Shown here: piece after piece, positions 12,414 through 24,018 of the stretch
How the letters are laid out: every line of letters starts with the position of its first letter
How positions within the stretch are numbered: position 1 is the stretch's first letter
NCBI GenBank assembly: GCA_976551045.1
Contig: CDPCPM010000037.1
Coordinates: forward strand, 6,696,001 to 6,760,000
Direction of reading: 5' to 3'
DNA: 64,000 nt
DNA from: Glaucostegus cemiculus
Lineage: Eukaryota
Translations under genes and position numbers: made by a program
Notes under the pieces: model-generated
Told to the model about the DNA's origin: nothing
The model's input: the letters and a program-made list of their open reading frames with translations, nothing else
The model's database searches: none

Positions 12414-15400
12414 ATGGATAATATGATTAATTTTGTATACGAATGGTTTAAATAATCCAATTAAGCAGAAGAAGATCTTTAAAGTTTTTCTTAGACTGAA
12501 CGCTCAGATTATTTTTGCTCAGGAGACTCATATTAGGAGAGAGGATAATCAATGCTTCCTTAGATCTTGGCGGGGGTCAACAGTTTCATTCTAATTTACA
12601 AGCAAAGATGAAAGGAGTCTCTATTTTTATAGACTCCTTGATTTCATTTGTTCATCATGACACAATCTCAGACCCGAATGGTAGATTTTTATTAATTATT
12701 GGCTTACTTCACAAGAAAGAAGTTGTTATGGTTAATGTTTCTGCACCTAATGTTGATCATCCCGAGCTCTTTAAACATTTATTTGCATACTTTCTGAATT
12801 TAAACGTATGTACGTTGATTATGGGTAGAGATTTCAACCCTTCACTGGATAGATCTGTGTCAAGTCAAGTACTTTCAAACCAATCCACTGTCTTTATTAA
12901 TTCCTTTTTTAGTTGGTTCCAGAATTTTCGAAGCGTACAGATTTCTACACCATTATAATAAAGAGTTTTCATTCTTTTTTTCATGTCTATCACAACTACT
13001 CTAGAATTGATTACTTCTTTATTGATTCTCGATTAGCTGCACTTGCTATTGATTGTAAGTACGATGCAATGGCCATTTCTGATCACGCACCATTGAAACT
13101 ATCAACCAAATTAGTGGACATACCCTCTGGTGTCAGACAATGGCGATTCAATTCTTCTTTACTTCAGGATTTAGACTTTGTTCATTTTATTAAAGAACAA
13201 TTTTCCTTTTTCTTCTCAATTAATTCAATGGAAGAAATTTCCAGTAGGATATTATGGGATGCCTTTAAAGCTTATATCTGTGGTCAAATTATTTCATACT
13301 CTGCTGGATTGAAAAAATGAACTAATAATGAATTACGCAAACTGGTTGATAAGGTTAAGGAAATTGATAAAAAATACTCTGATGTTCCTAATTTGGAGCT
13401 TTATAAAAAGAGAATTGAACTTCAATTGCAACACAGTTTATTATTAACATCTCCAATTGAAAATCAACTACTCAAAACTAGGAGTCAGTTTTATATACAT
13501 GGTGATAAATCTAGTAAATTATTGGCCAACCAACTGAAAGTTGCTTTGACTAAACATCAGATTATTAAAGTTCATAAACGAGATGATCAAATTAATAAAT
13601 CTTTTCAAGAATTTTATACTTCTTTATATCAATCAGAATTTCCTGAGGATTCTACATCAATGCATAAATTTTTAATGAATTTGATTTCAAAATTACCACT
13701 AATGAACATTTAATATTAGATGCACCCATTTCGGAGGAAGAAATAAAGAAAGCAATTTCTTCAATGAATTCTTGTAAAACATCTGGTCTTGATGGGTATA
13801 CAGTTGAATTTTTTAAAATCCTTTTCTGATCTTCTCTCTCCCTGGTTAGGTAAAATTTTTAAAGGTGCCCTATCAGCAGGTAAATTACCACAATCCTTTT
13901 ATGAAGCAACTATCTCTTTAATTCTTAAAAAGGGTAAAGATCCTACTGAATGTGCATCTTGTAGATCTACCTCTTTATTGAATGTGGACTCCAATTTTCT
14001 TTTCCAAAATATTGACTTCTAGTTTAGAAAAGGTACTTCCACAAAATAATTCTGATGACCAGACAGGATTTATTAAAAATCACTATTTGCATTTTAATGT
14101 CAGGAGGCTAATGAATATTGTATATACCCCTTCATCTACAATTCCAGAATGTGTTATCTTGCTAGATGTTGAGAAGGCTTTTGATAGTGTTGAATAGGAA
14201 TATTTACTTAACACACTTGAGAAATTTAATTTTAGCCCAAATTTTATATCAGCGATTAAATTGATATACCATACACCTTTGGCTTCAATACTTACTAATA
14301 ATCAGAGATTGCCCTTTTTCATGCTTTTTTGAGGCACTAGACAGGGCTGCCCTTTAAGTCCTTTAATTATTTGATATTGCTTTGGAACCCTGGGCAATTG
14401 CCTTTCAGGACTCTTCTATCATATTTGGTATCACTGGTGGAAAGGGGACCTATAAGATATCACTATATGTAGATGACCTGTTACTTTATATCTCTAACCC
14501 TGAGAAATCCGTCCCTGCAGCATTATCACTGCTTGCTCAGTTTAGTGTTTTCTGTGGTTATAGATTAAATCTTAATACGAGTGACCTTTTTTCATTAAAT
14601 ATGCAAGTCCCAATTTATAGACAATTACCATTTAGATTGGTGACTGATTATTTTACTTATTTGGGTGTTAAAATTACCAAGAAGCACATGGACTTATTCA
14701 AAGTTAACTTTTTACCCTTAATCAATCATGTTAAACAATTGTTTACTAAATGGTCCCCATTGTCTCTATCATTGATTGGTCAAATTAATGCGGTTAAGAT
14801 TAATATTTTACCAAAGTTTTTGTATTTATTTCAGGTGGTTCCAACCTTCAACTCAAAATCCTTTCTCAATACTGTTATTTTATAAAATTCTTTCACATAT
14901 ATAGCAGAATAAAAACCCAAGCTTAAGTAAAAAATATTTACAAAAATTAAAATGGGATTATCAAATTAAAAGTATGGCTTTGCCTAACTTTAGATTTTAC
15001 TACTGGGCAATTAATATTAGATATTTAATTTTTTGGACACAAGATTTAGATGAAATTCAATGTCCCCAAATCTTGAGTCTGTGCAAGGGTTTTCATTAGC
15101 TTCTATTTTAACAGCCTCACTCCCTTTTGCACTTACTAAATTGAGTAAACAAATGATTAACCCAATAACTAAACATACAATACGAATATGGTTTCAATTT
15201 CATTAATTTTTTGGATTGCATAAATTCATTTTATCAAGTCCTATCCAATCCCATTTTTTCAACCATCCAGAATTGATTTAGCTTTTTCTTTATGGAAAAT
15301 GAAGAGAATAACATGCTTTCATGATCTATTCATTGATAATTGTCTCTTGTCTTTTGAACAGTTGTCTAATAAACACAATTTGCCTAGATCACATTTTTTT

Positions 15401-16149
15401 AGCTATTTACAGATCAGAAATTTTTTAAATGTTATTTTATTTGCTTTTCCGATACCACATAAAATTGAAATTACAGAAAAATAATAGGTTTTAATCCTTA
15501 TCAGAAGGGCTTGATAGCAATAATTTATGATCTGATTATGAAAATACATTTAGAGACACTTGATAAAATTAAGAATGAATGGGAAAGAGAACTCCAGATA
15601 CTTTTACCTATAGAGATATGGAAGAAAATTTTCAAATTAGTTAATACATCTTCAATGTGTGCTGGACACTCTTTGATGCAGTTTAAGGTGGTTCACCAGA
15701 CCCATATGTCTAAGGATAAGTTAGCCCATTTTTATCATCATACAAATCCTGTATGTGACAGATGTAATTTGGGGGTGGCTTCCCTGACACATATGTTTTG
15801 GTCCTGCCCTCTTTTGGAAAAATATGGGGAAGACATTTTTAATATTATTTCAATTGTATTGAATATTGATTCACAACCTCATCCTATTACTGCAGTTTTT
15901 GGTTTCCCAATAATGGATTCTGACCATTTATCCATTTCAGCTTGTCGTATGATTGCATTTGTTACATAAATGACCCAGAGATCCATACTATTTAAATGGA
16001 AGGATCCAATACCTCCTACTACATTTCAACAGTTTTCTCAAACTATAACATGTTTAAACTTAGAAAAAATTAGGAGAGGTACTGTTGATCCTTCACTTAA
16101 ATTTGAGGATGTTTGGAGTCCATTTATTCAGTATTTCTATATGATATAA
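12414..16149 (+). pseudogene. L1 ORF2p (APE endonuclease plus reverse transcriptase), multiply disrupted
   Basis: NGLNNPIK, QETH, DPNGRF, SRIDYFF, ISDHAP, DQTGFIK, LDVEKAFDSVE, RQGCPLSP, ISLYVDDLLLY, YLGV, CDRC...HMFWSCP spread over track ORFs 12515-15969. Confidence 0.92.
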
Positions 16150-16599
16150 GCAGACCTTTTTTGAATCCCTTTCAACAACCTTTGAATGAATACAGAGGAG
16201 TGGAGCTAACAACATAATAATGTTTTTTTTTCCCTTGAACTAACAGTCCAGCTTTCTTTTGAAGTTTTTGGTTTGTTTTTGTTTATTTTTTTTAATTTTG
16301 GAGTTCTCTTTTCATATAATTAAATTTCTTTTCAAATTCTTTTGTATCATGTTCACTTAGTAAGAGATTGGGAGGTTCAGATTATATATTTTACTCCCCA
16401 TGACTGTATATGTCAACTGTTATTATTGTTATCCTGATCTCTTCTCACCATGTGTGTAATCACTATTGTTATGTATATTAATTTGAAATTCAATTTGAAA
16501 TTTAATAAAAAGATTGAAAAAGGATTTGGTTTTGGAGGGATATGCAAAAAAAATTTATATTGAACTTACTTACTTCAATTCACTTGTTTAAACATAATT

Positions 16600-17085
16600 T
16601 GATTGGACAAGCATAGGGTGGAGAACGTGTGCCATGAATGTTTAGGACATCATAAAAAGAATATACGGAGGATACAAAAATGATTGACTGCAATGTTACC
16701 AGAAAATTGAAGTTATACCTATCATGAAAGATTGATCCAGATGTAACACACTGAGATGTGACCTTATAACAGTCTTTAAGATTCTGAAGAAGTATGATGT
16801 GACACACATAGGGGAAATGATGTCATTTGCAGGCAAGACAAGAACCACATGCAATAAATAAAAGTGAAATCCAGTAGATGACTCAGGGGAATCTCTTTTA
16901 CAGACAGAGTATTTAAACTCACAGCAATAAGGGATAGGTGAGGTAAAATAAAAAGATGCATTTAAGAGGAAAGTAGAAAAATTGAAAATATGGGGTTTGC
17001 TGATGGGGTTAGATGAAGAAGGCCAGAGTACCCTTGTGCGTAACATAAACATCAATATTGCACTGAATAATCTGTTTTGAAATTG
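16600..17085 (+). mobile_element. Ancient CR1 3' fragment
   Basis: Decayed equivalents of QRRFTRMLP and RLRGDLIEVFKILKG, followed by CR1-like 3' UTR. Confidence 0.55.
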
Positions 17086-17088
17086 TAA

Positions 17089-17320
17089 ATAGAACATAGA
17101 ACATAGATACCTACAGCACAATTCAGGCCCTTCGGCCCACAAAGCTGTGCCGAACATGTCCCTACACTATTAAGCTTACCCATAGCCTTCTATCTTATTT
17201 ACCTCCATGTACCTATCCAACAGTCTCTTGAAAGACCCTAACGTATCCGCCTCCACCACCATCTCTGGCAGCCCATTCCACGCACTCACCACTCTCTGAG
17301 TAAAAAACTTATCCCTAACA
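17089..17320 (-). mobile_element. Young CR1 3' end
   Basis: (CATAGAA)n tail and CAGGCCCTTCGGCCCACAAAGCTGTGCC; closely matches 20350-20555 (inverted) and 53706-53853. Confidence 0.9.
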
Positions 17321-20056
17321 ACTAACTCCTAAATGTGGTACAAAAATATACAAAAAAATACATTGTGGCCCCAGGACTACAACACACTTGAATTTCCAGG
17401 AGTGGCAGCATGCCTGTTTTTCTCATTTTTCTTCCTGTGGTCCACACAAATTGGAACAGATCTTGCAGCAGCAGCTTGGTTCCTGAGCCCACTCTCAACC
17501 ATATCAGTGGGGCTTTGTGGAGCACAAGACCCCCTTATCCATAAATGGGACACACATTCTTTGTTTGCCTGATAAACCCCAGATGCAAGAGGCTGCCAAA
17601 CAGTTTGATTGTATTCACAGCTATTCAAAAAAGATCAGAAGCTATTAAAAATTAAACACTCAAATAGACTCTTGAGAAATTGAAAAAAAGAATTAAATAT
17701 TTAAATTAGCTTAATTCAAAAAACATGTAAATTGCCAATAACCTGCCTCTGTCTCTGGCAGTCATTCTCCTCTATTGAAATGAATGATGGCTGAACCTAC
17801 ACCATCCTGAACTGATTAAGGTTCAGTCAGCAGATTTCCCAGGAAGCAGGTGGTCCACTCTAAACCCTTGGGCACTCCAACATTGGACCAAGTGGGGAAA
17901 TCCCTAGAAGTCTGGCACTTCCACATTTATGTGGAAATCCCACACTTCCTGGCCGCTGCATATGGATTTTCTAGCTGCTACACATGAAATTACTGTCACG
18001 TCTCACAAAAATCTGGTCTAAGGCAGTCTCTTCATATACACTACTTACTAATATGGGTTCTCCTCTCTTTTTACAAGTCAGAATGAGAAACACTTTGGTC
18101 AGACATGGCATGATAATAAAGTAAGGAAACTGGATTTATTTTACAAGTACGCATCAAGTAGTAGAACATAATTTTTCCAACATGATTCATCTATTTCCCA
18201 TAACCTTCAATGTCTTTCAGTCAGATAAATGATAAAGAGAAATTGTCTCTGAATCTCACAATTTTGCAAAGCAATTCAATTTTAATAATCATCAGATCGT
18301 GGTAGTAATTTTGGGACTGCATACATTTTCATTCAGGGCTTGTCTGAGCCAACATGACAATCAAAATAAATGTAACTGCTTAAGTTGAAATAGCAATAAA
18401 TATCTCTGACACGTTTTAACTAATTTAAAGGCCTGAACTGACTCAGTCTCAGGATCTGTGACAAATCTAGGACACAATCTGTTTGCAAGTCATACCAGAA
18501 ATGTTAGTTATCCACTCAGTACCAACCCTAGACAGTTTGTATGTGAGCTAGCAGCCCTGTTCTCATTGTGGGAGCTTAATTACTAAATTTGATTCGAAAA
18601 ATGTGTACATAGTAGAAGGATGAGAAGCTAAAGAAATACAAAGAGTAGTCTGAGAATGTAATCCAGAAAAAGAACAAGAATAGAAGATGATTTGGAGGAA
18701 AGTACATTTGATGCTTAGGAGGACCAAGAGAGAACACTGCTAAGGGATATCAACCAGGATGATATTGATAAAATAGTAAAAAATACTTTGTAAATAGAAA
18801 TTAGTGGTGCAGCACTGCAGTATATGATGTGATAAACTATAGAAAAGGTGGTATTAGGTATTGCCAGTGACTGACATGACTTTCTTCCCTCTCCAGGCTC
18901 CCACAGGGATCTGTGTTTGGCTTCCTCTTTCCCAACATGCCTTTGTTACATCATCCTCAAGAATATCAACAATGTTACTTCTCTTAATCCTTTCACTTCC
19001 TTTGTGTCATCAGATTCTTTGTCTATTAACTAGTCTTGGATCTTTTCCTAAAAGCTCCTCCAACATATTGTGAAAAAAAGCAAGAGAGCTCTTTCAGTTT
19101 GTTTGATAACTTTAATCTTTGAATCAAATTACCAGATCTTCTGGTCATGTTCTGTACGCCACTATCACAAGCTCACAAAGTTTCCTTATTAATGAAAATT
19201 CATATTCTTTCTGTGTTATCCACTATAGTTACCATAGTTTCTTTCCCTCTCCTTCATTATAGAATGTACTTCAATATATTATCCCATTGTGACATTACAA
19301 TATAATTAGTATATTATCGTAATCTTCTCAAAGGAGTGATGCTGTTCTTAGCTGAAAATTAAGGATTTCTTTCAACCAATCAACATTCAACAACCACTCA
19401 GACATTACTGAACCACAATATAATGAAGACTTCTGAGTAGGTTAATAGGAGTACAGGCAGTTTTATTAAAAATGAAACAACTAAATCTTGAACTTTGATA
19501 AAGTGCGCGTTCCTGTGCTCCAAATTACCATGCAATCATATATTTGTTATTATTATCCAAATCATAATAATGCTTTAATGATACTTCTATATAAGAAATA
19601 ATTTAGTTTCTCTTTGTTATAGCTGCCCACAAGGTTATACTGATTGAAATGGGGACGCATTGTGAAGTCATCTTCAATTTATTATAACTATTATAAGCTG
19701 AGGCTTCTACAAGTCAATCATTGTCATTGCATTTTAATTAACTTTATTTGAACAATGGAGCCAGTCTCCACAATTATGATTAATGCTTTTTTTTTGTTCT
19801 ACTTCCTTTTTAATGCATAGTGCCAACTCCATTTGTATGAATGAGTAGATACGGAATTAAGAAGAAAGACATTTTCACATTTTTTTTGGCTGGGCAAATG
19901 ATAGATGAAATGACCTTGAGTGAAAATAATTTGATTGAATGTCATTCACAATATCTCAAGGTGAGGTTGAATGCGAAAGTGCTTCCGAGCTTCACCTTAC
20001 AATAGGAGATACCATTCTACAAATTGGTGAATTAGTAAAGCAGTTGCTACATTTAA

Positions 20057-20556
20057 TTGGAGTATTGTGCTCAGTTCTGGTCACCTCACTACAGGAAAGA
20101 TGTGGCAGCCATAGAGAGGGTGCAGAGGAGGTTTACGAGGATGCTGCCTGGAATGCGGAGCATGCCTTATGAAAGCAGGTTGTGGGAACTCGGTCTTTTC
20201 TCCTTGCAGAGAAGGAGGATGAGAGGGGATCTGATAAAGGTGTATAAGATGATGAGAGGTATTGATCGGGTAGATAGTCAGAGGCTTTTCCCCAGGGCTG
20301 AAATGGTGGCCACAAGAGGACATAGGTTCAAGGCTGGGGAGCAGATATAGAAGAGGTATCAGGGGTAAGTTTTTTACTCAGAGAGTGGTGAGTGCGTGGA
20401 ATGGGTGGTGGAGGCGGATATGATAGGGTCTTTCAAGAGACTGTTAGATAGGTACATGGAGCTAAGTAAAATAGAGGGCTATGGGAAAGCCCAGTAATTA
20501 GGCACAGCTTTGTGGGCCGAAGGGCCTGAATTGTGCTGTAGTTTTTCTATGTTCTA
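20057..20556 (+). mobile_element. Young CR1 3' fragment (ORF2 C-terminus plus 3' UTR)
   Basis: EYCAQFWSPHYRKDVAAIERVQRRFTRMLPG...RRRMRGDLIKVYK...TRGH; ends TTCTATGTTCTA; possible TSD ATTTAA. Confidence 0.93.
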
Positions 20557-21379
20557 AAATTTAAAAAAGGCATTAAGGAGAAAAATGACATGAACTTATA
20601 CTAAGAAAGAAATGGAAGCTAAGCTAGAATTAGGCTTCTAAAAAAAAATTCACGTATATGTCATTATGTTCCACTTAAATATTATAATCTCACATGTTCT
20701 GAGGTTGGCTCTGTGATTTCAGTAGACCAAAAATCTCCTTTGATCTGTTGGATAATTGGGAATTAACACTGACCTTACATTGCCAACTGCAAGATGACTC
20801 AAATGCAATGTTGTTTCTTGTTTTATTGGTATGCCACATCATGACGGATAAACTTTACTATATTCCCAAAACTGTATGCAATGTCTTATCTAAAATGTTT
20901 CTTCAGGTAACTTGTATTTATGCAGAGACAATAAACTGATGAAACAGACCATGTACCCATTTTGGAACCCGCATGATTTTATTTTCCTTAAATTGTTTTC
21001 AACATGAGTTCCATAATGAGCATAAAATTTTTCCCCTGATAACTGTTCTTAAGATAAAGGTGAAATTTAACTCCAATACATGTTATTCTCCCAATGTAGA
21101 ATTGCTGAGAAGAATCAATTTATCTGGCACAAACAGGGAACTATTACTTGGCGATTACATGACATCTAAACATATTCACCTCTTCCATGTCAAGTATTAG
21201 TTTCTACAGCAAATGGCAAAATGTGCATTAGCACAAAATAACCCAAGGTACGATATGCAACCAAGACATATACCTGTACAGAGATATTAAGGCAACTAAC
21301 TAAAAGTATAGTCAAAGAAGATAATTTTAAAAAATTAAAGGATGAGAAAATTTCAAAATATCATTTTTCTTCATTAACA

Positions 21380-22055
21380 GGATGTGACATTGCTGCTTAA
21401 AAAAAATGTCATTCATAGCTCCTGAGGTCCCTGTAGTGAGTGACCTTCCAGAACAGCTTCAGTACATGTAGTGACGGTACTCCCATGATGTAAACTACTA
21501 TTAATACATCCAGGTAGCTTAATGGATCATTCCAGAGGGCTGGTAAGAGCCAAACACATTGCTATGACTTTAGTGTCAAATGGATGGAAGATTTACTTTC
21601 TGGAAGAACATTCACAAAGCAGATGCACTTTACAAATCACAAATCGGTTATATATTTTTTTTATTTACAGCGTGGTAACAGGCCAGTTCGGCCCAACAAG
21701 TCCACACCACCCATTTTAAACCCCCAAGTTAACCTACCCGTACGTCTTTCGGAATGTGGGAGGAAACTGGAGCACCCGGAGGAAACCCACGCAGACACGG
21801 GAGAACGTACAAACTCCTTACAGTCAGCGACGGGAATTGAACCCCAATCGCTGGCACTGTAACAGCGTCGTCTACGCTATTTTTAATGATAACTAAAGTA
21901 TCATATCTGATACCTTTTAAATTCTAGTTTTACTTTTAATATTATTAACAAAATTTAAACTTGCCAGCTAACAAGAAGGGTTTTAAACTCACAGCATTCC
22001 ATCATTAGGTGAGATATCTGGATTACCAGATTAACAACGTAACTACTTTGCTGCA
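21380..22055 (-). mobile_element. Ancient tRNA-derived SINE relic, interrupted by a V-SINE
   Basis: TTCCAGAGGGCTGGTAAGAGCCAAACACATTGCT body and reverse head (AATTTAAACTTGCCAGCT...CTGGATTACCAG); homologous to 29490-29805. Confidence 0.5.
21652..21880 (-). mobile_element. Young V-SINE (CR1-type tail)
   Basis: CpG-rich; GGAGGAAACTGGAGCACCCGGAGGAAACCCACGCAGACACGGGAGAACG, B-box-like GGAATTGAACC. Confidence 0.92.
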
Positions 22056-22776
22056 AACCCTTTAGGGACTAAATAATTGAAGTCATAGTTGCCAATGAAG
22101 AGGGTGAGTAAGATCCCAATTGCTGAATGACTACCAGAGCAGAAAATCTTGCAGGTCAAGCTATAATTTACTGGCCAATCAGCATTTGGCAACAACATAA
22201 TTCTGGGTAGTCGAATGTGAAGTCCTGCTCTTAGAAGTGGTTATTTCAAGGTTGAAGTTGTTTGAATACTTCGGGGGATGGAACAAAAATAGTGAACATC
22301 AGTATGCAAGTTCTAGCAGTAATAGAGCTGCTGCTTCTTACTATGCATAATTTAAATGATTACCAATGTCCGGAAGCCAGCATGCTATTGGCAATCTTCA
22401 GATTTATATAAATCATCTTTACAGTTCTGTTGTAAAGTGAGAAACTAAAATACTGTTTGAGTGTATTTGCAAATGATCTTTCACTTTGACTTTATTGCAG
22501 TGAAAGGGTATCCTGTGGGATAATTCATTTTTGAAATTTTAAAAAAATTTTCAATTTACAAAAAAAGTTATATGTCTTTGAGTGAACTGTTGATGCTCTA
22601 AATGTGCTCAGTTGTGGGCAGAGATAGGAGACATTATAAAACAATGGAAACAGTGACAGAAGACTTTGAGGTAAAAGTACTGACCAGCAAATAGGGAGAC
22701 CGATACCTCCCGTGAGGGAACATAAAAGACAAAATATTTATTGGATTTAATCTTGGGATCTATAATAAACATTGGT

Positions 22777-23400
22777 AGCCAGGTGGTGCAGCAGTTAGTG
22801 CTGCTTCCTCACAGACTTGGAGACCTAGTCTTGATCCTGACCTCCAGTGATATCTGTGTGGAATTTGCATTGGTCTTTCTGAGACCTGTGCATTTCCTCT
22901 GGGTGCTCTGGTTTCCTCCCACATCCCAAAGATATGCTATTGGGTTAATTGGCTCCTGTAACTTTCAGTGTAGTTTAATGGAAAAAAATAAAGAGTTGAT
23001 GTGCATGTGAGAGAATAAATTAAAAGGGTACAGGGAAATAAAAAGAGGGGGATTAGCGTGGCGCGATAGCGTAGCGGTTAGCGCAACACTGTTACAGTGC
23101 CAGCGATCGGGGTTCGATTCCCGTCACTGATTGCAAGGAGTTTGTACGTTCTCCCATGTCTACGTGGGTTTCCTTCGGGTGCTCTGGTTTCCTCCCACAT
23201 TCTAAAAGACGTACGGGTAAATTAATTTGGGGGTTTAAAATGGGCATCGTGGACTAGTTGAGCTGAAAGAGCCTGTTACCACGCTGTAAATAAAACTTAA
23301 AATTAAAAAAAAAATAAAATTTAGAACTAATGAAATAGCTCCTTGGGAGCTGGTACGGACCGTATAGGCCAAATGGCCTCCTTTCTCTTGCACTGAAAAA
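22777..23400 (+). mobile_element. Older V-SINE interrupted by a young V-SINE
   Basis: Head GGTGGTGCAGCAGTTAG, V-domain TTTCCTCTGGGTGCTCTGGTTTCCTCCCACATCCC; tail ATAGGCCAAATGGCCTCCT resumes after about 23322. Confidence 0.75.
23057..23321 (+). mobile_element. Young V-SINE (CR1-type tail)
   Basis: A-box-like TGGCGCGATAGCGTAGCGG, B-box GGTTCGATTCC, V-domain, tail GCCTGTTACCACGCTGTAAATAAA plus A-rich end. Confidence 0.92.
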
Positions 23401-23566
23401 AATTTCAGAATATAAATAACATGTAACACTTAAAAAAAACTAGGCTGAAGAGATGTTTGTGTGAATAAATGGCAGTTCAGTCATATCTTGTATCAGACAG
23501 TTCAGCTGGTGTCAGAGCTACCTTCTGTGAATTTGAGCGATAAATTGGTTAATCAGTAAATAAAAT

Positions 23567-23813
23567 TTTAAATTTTTTTTTTAAACATGGTAACAGGCCC
23601 TTTCGGCCCTCCGAGTCCACGCTGCCCATTTTTAACCCCCAAAGTAGCCTACCCGTACGTCTTTCAGAATGTGGGAGGAAACCGGAGCACCCGGAGGAAA
23701 CCCACGCAGACACGGGAGAACGTACAAACTCCTTACAGTCAGCGACGGGAATCAAACACCGATCGCTGGCACTGTAGCAGCGTCGCGCTAACCGCTACGC
23801 TATCATGCCGCCC
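23567..23813 (-). mobile_element. Young V-SINE (CR1-type tail)
   Basis: Nearly complete reverse copy, CpG-rich; TSD TAAAAT at 23561-23566 and 23814-23819. Confidence 0.92.
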
Positions 23814-24018
23814 TAAAATAATACCCAAGGGAACCAACGATGAAAGATTGGACAAGTTTTATCAGCAATGGGAGATCTAGAAGACAGGTTTAATATTTCA
23901 ATTTGCTAGATCTCATACAGAAGGTACATTTCATGGGGTATCTTCCCTGAACAGTGGGCTCCACATGATACTGTACCTGTGAGGTATGAATGTTACAAAC
24001 AAAATTGTAAAACATAGT

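Larger units (their letters stand above)
10782..16521 (+). mobile_element. Full-length decayed L1-clade LINE (about 5.74 kb)
   Basis: 5' UTR, ORF1, T-rich spacer, ORF2 (EN, RT, C-terminal Cys motif), 3' UTR ending AATAAAAAGATTGAAAAA; 14-bp TSD GGATTCAGTTTTGG (10768-10781) / GGATTTGGTTTTGG (16522-16535). Confidence 0.92.

Noticed and set aside
17345-18020. Possible Harbinger-type non-autonomous element ending AAAAATCTGGTC
   Set aside because: Only one TIR-like end seen; no matching left end or TSD
23057-23130. tRNA gene
   Set aside because: A/B boxes belong to the tRNA-derived SINE head and run straight into the V-domain; no full cloverleaf
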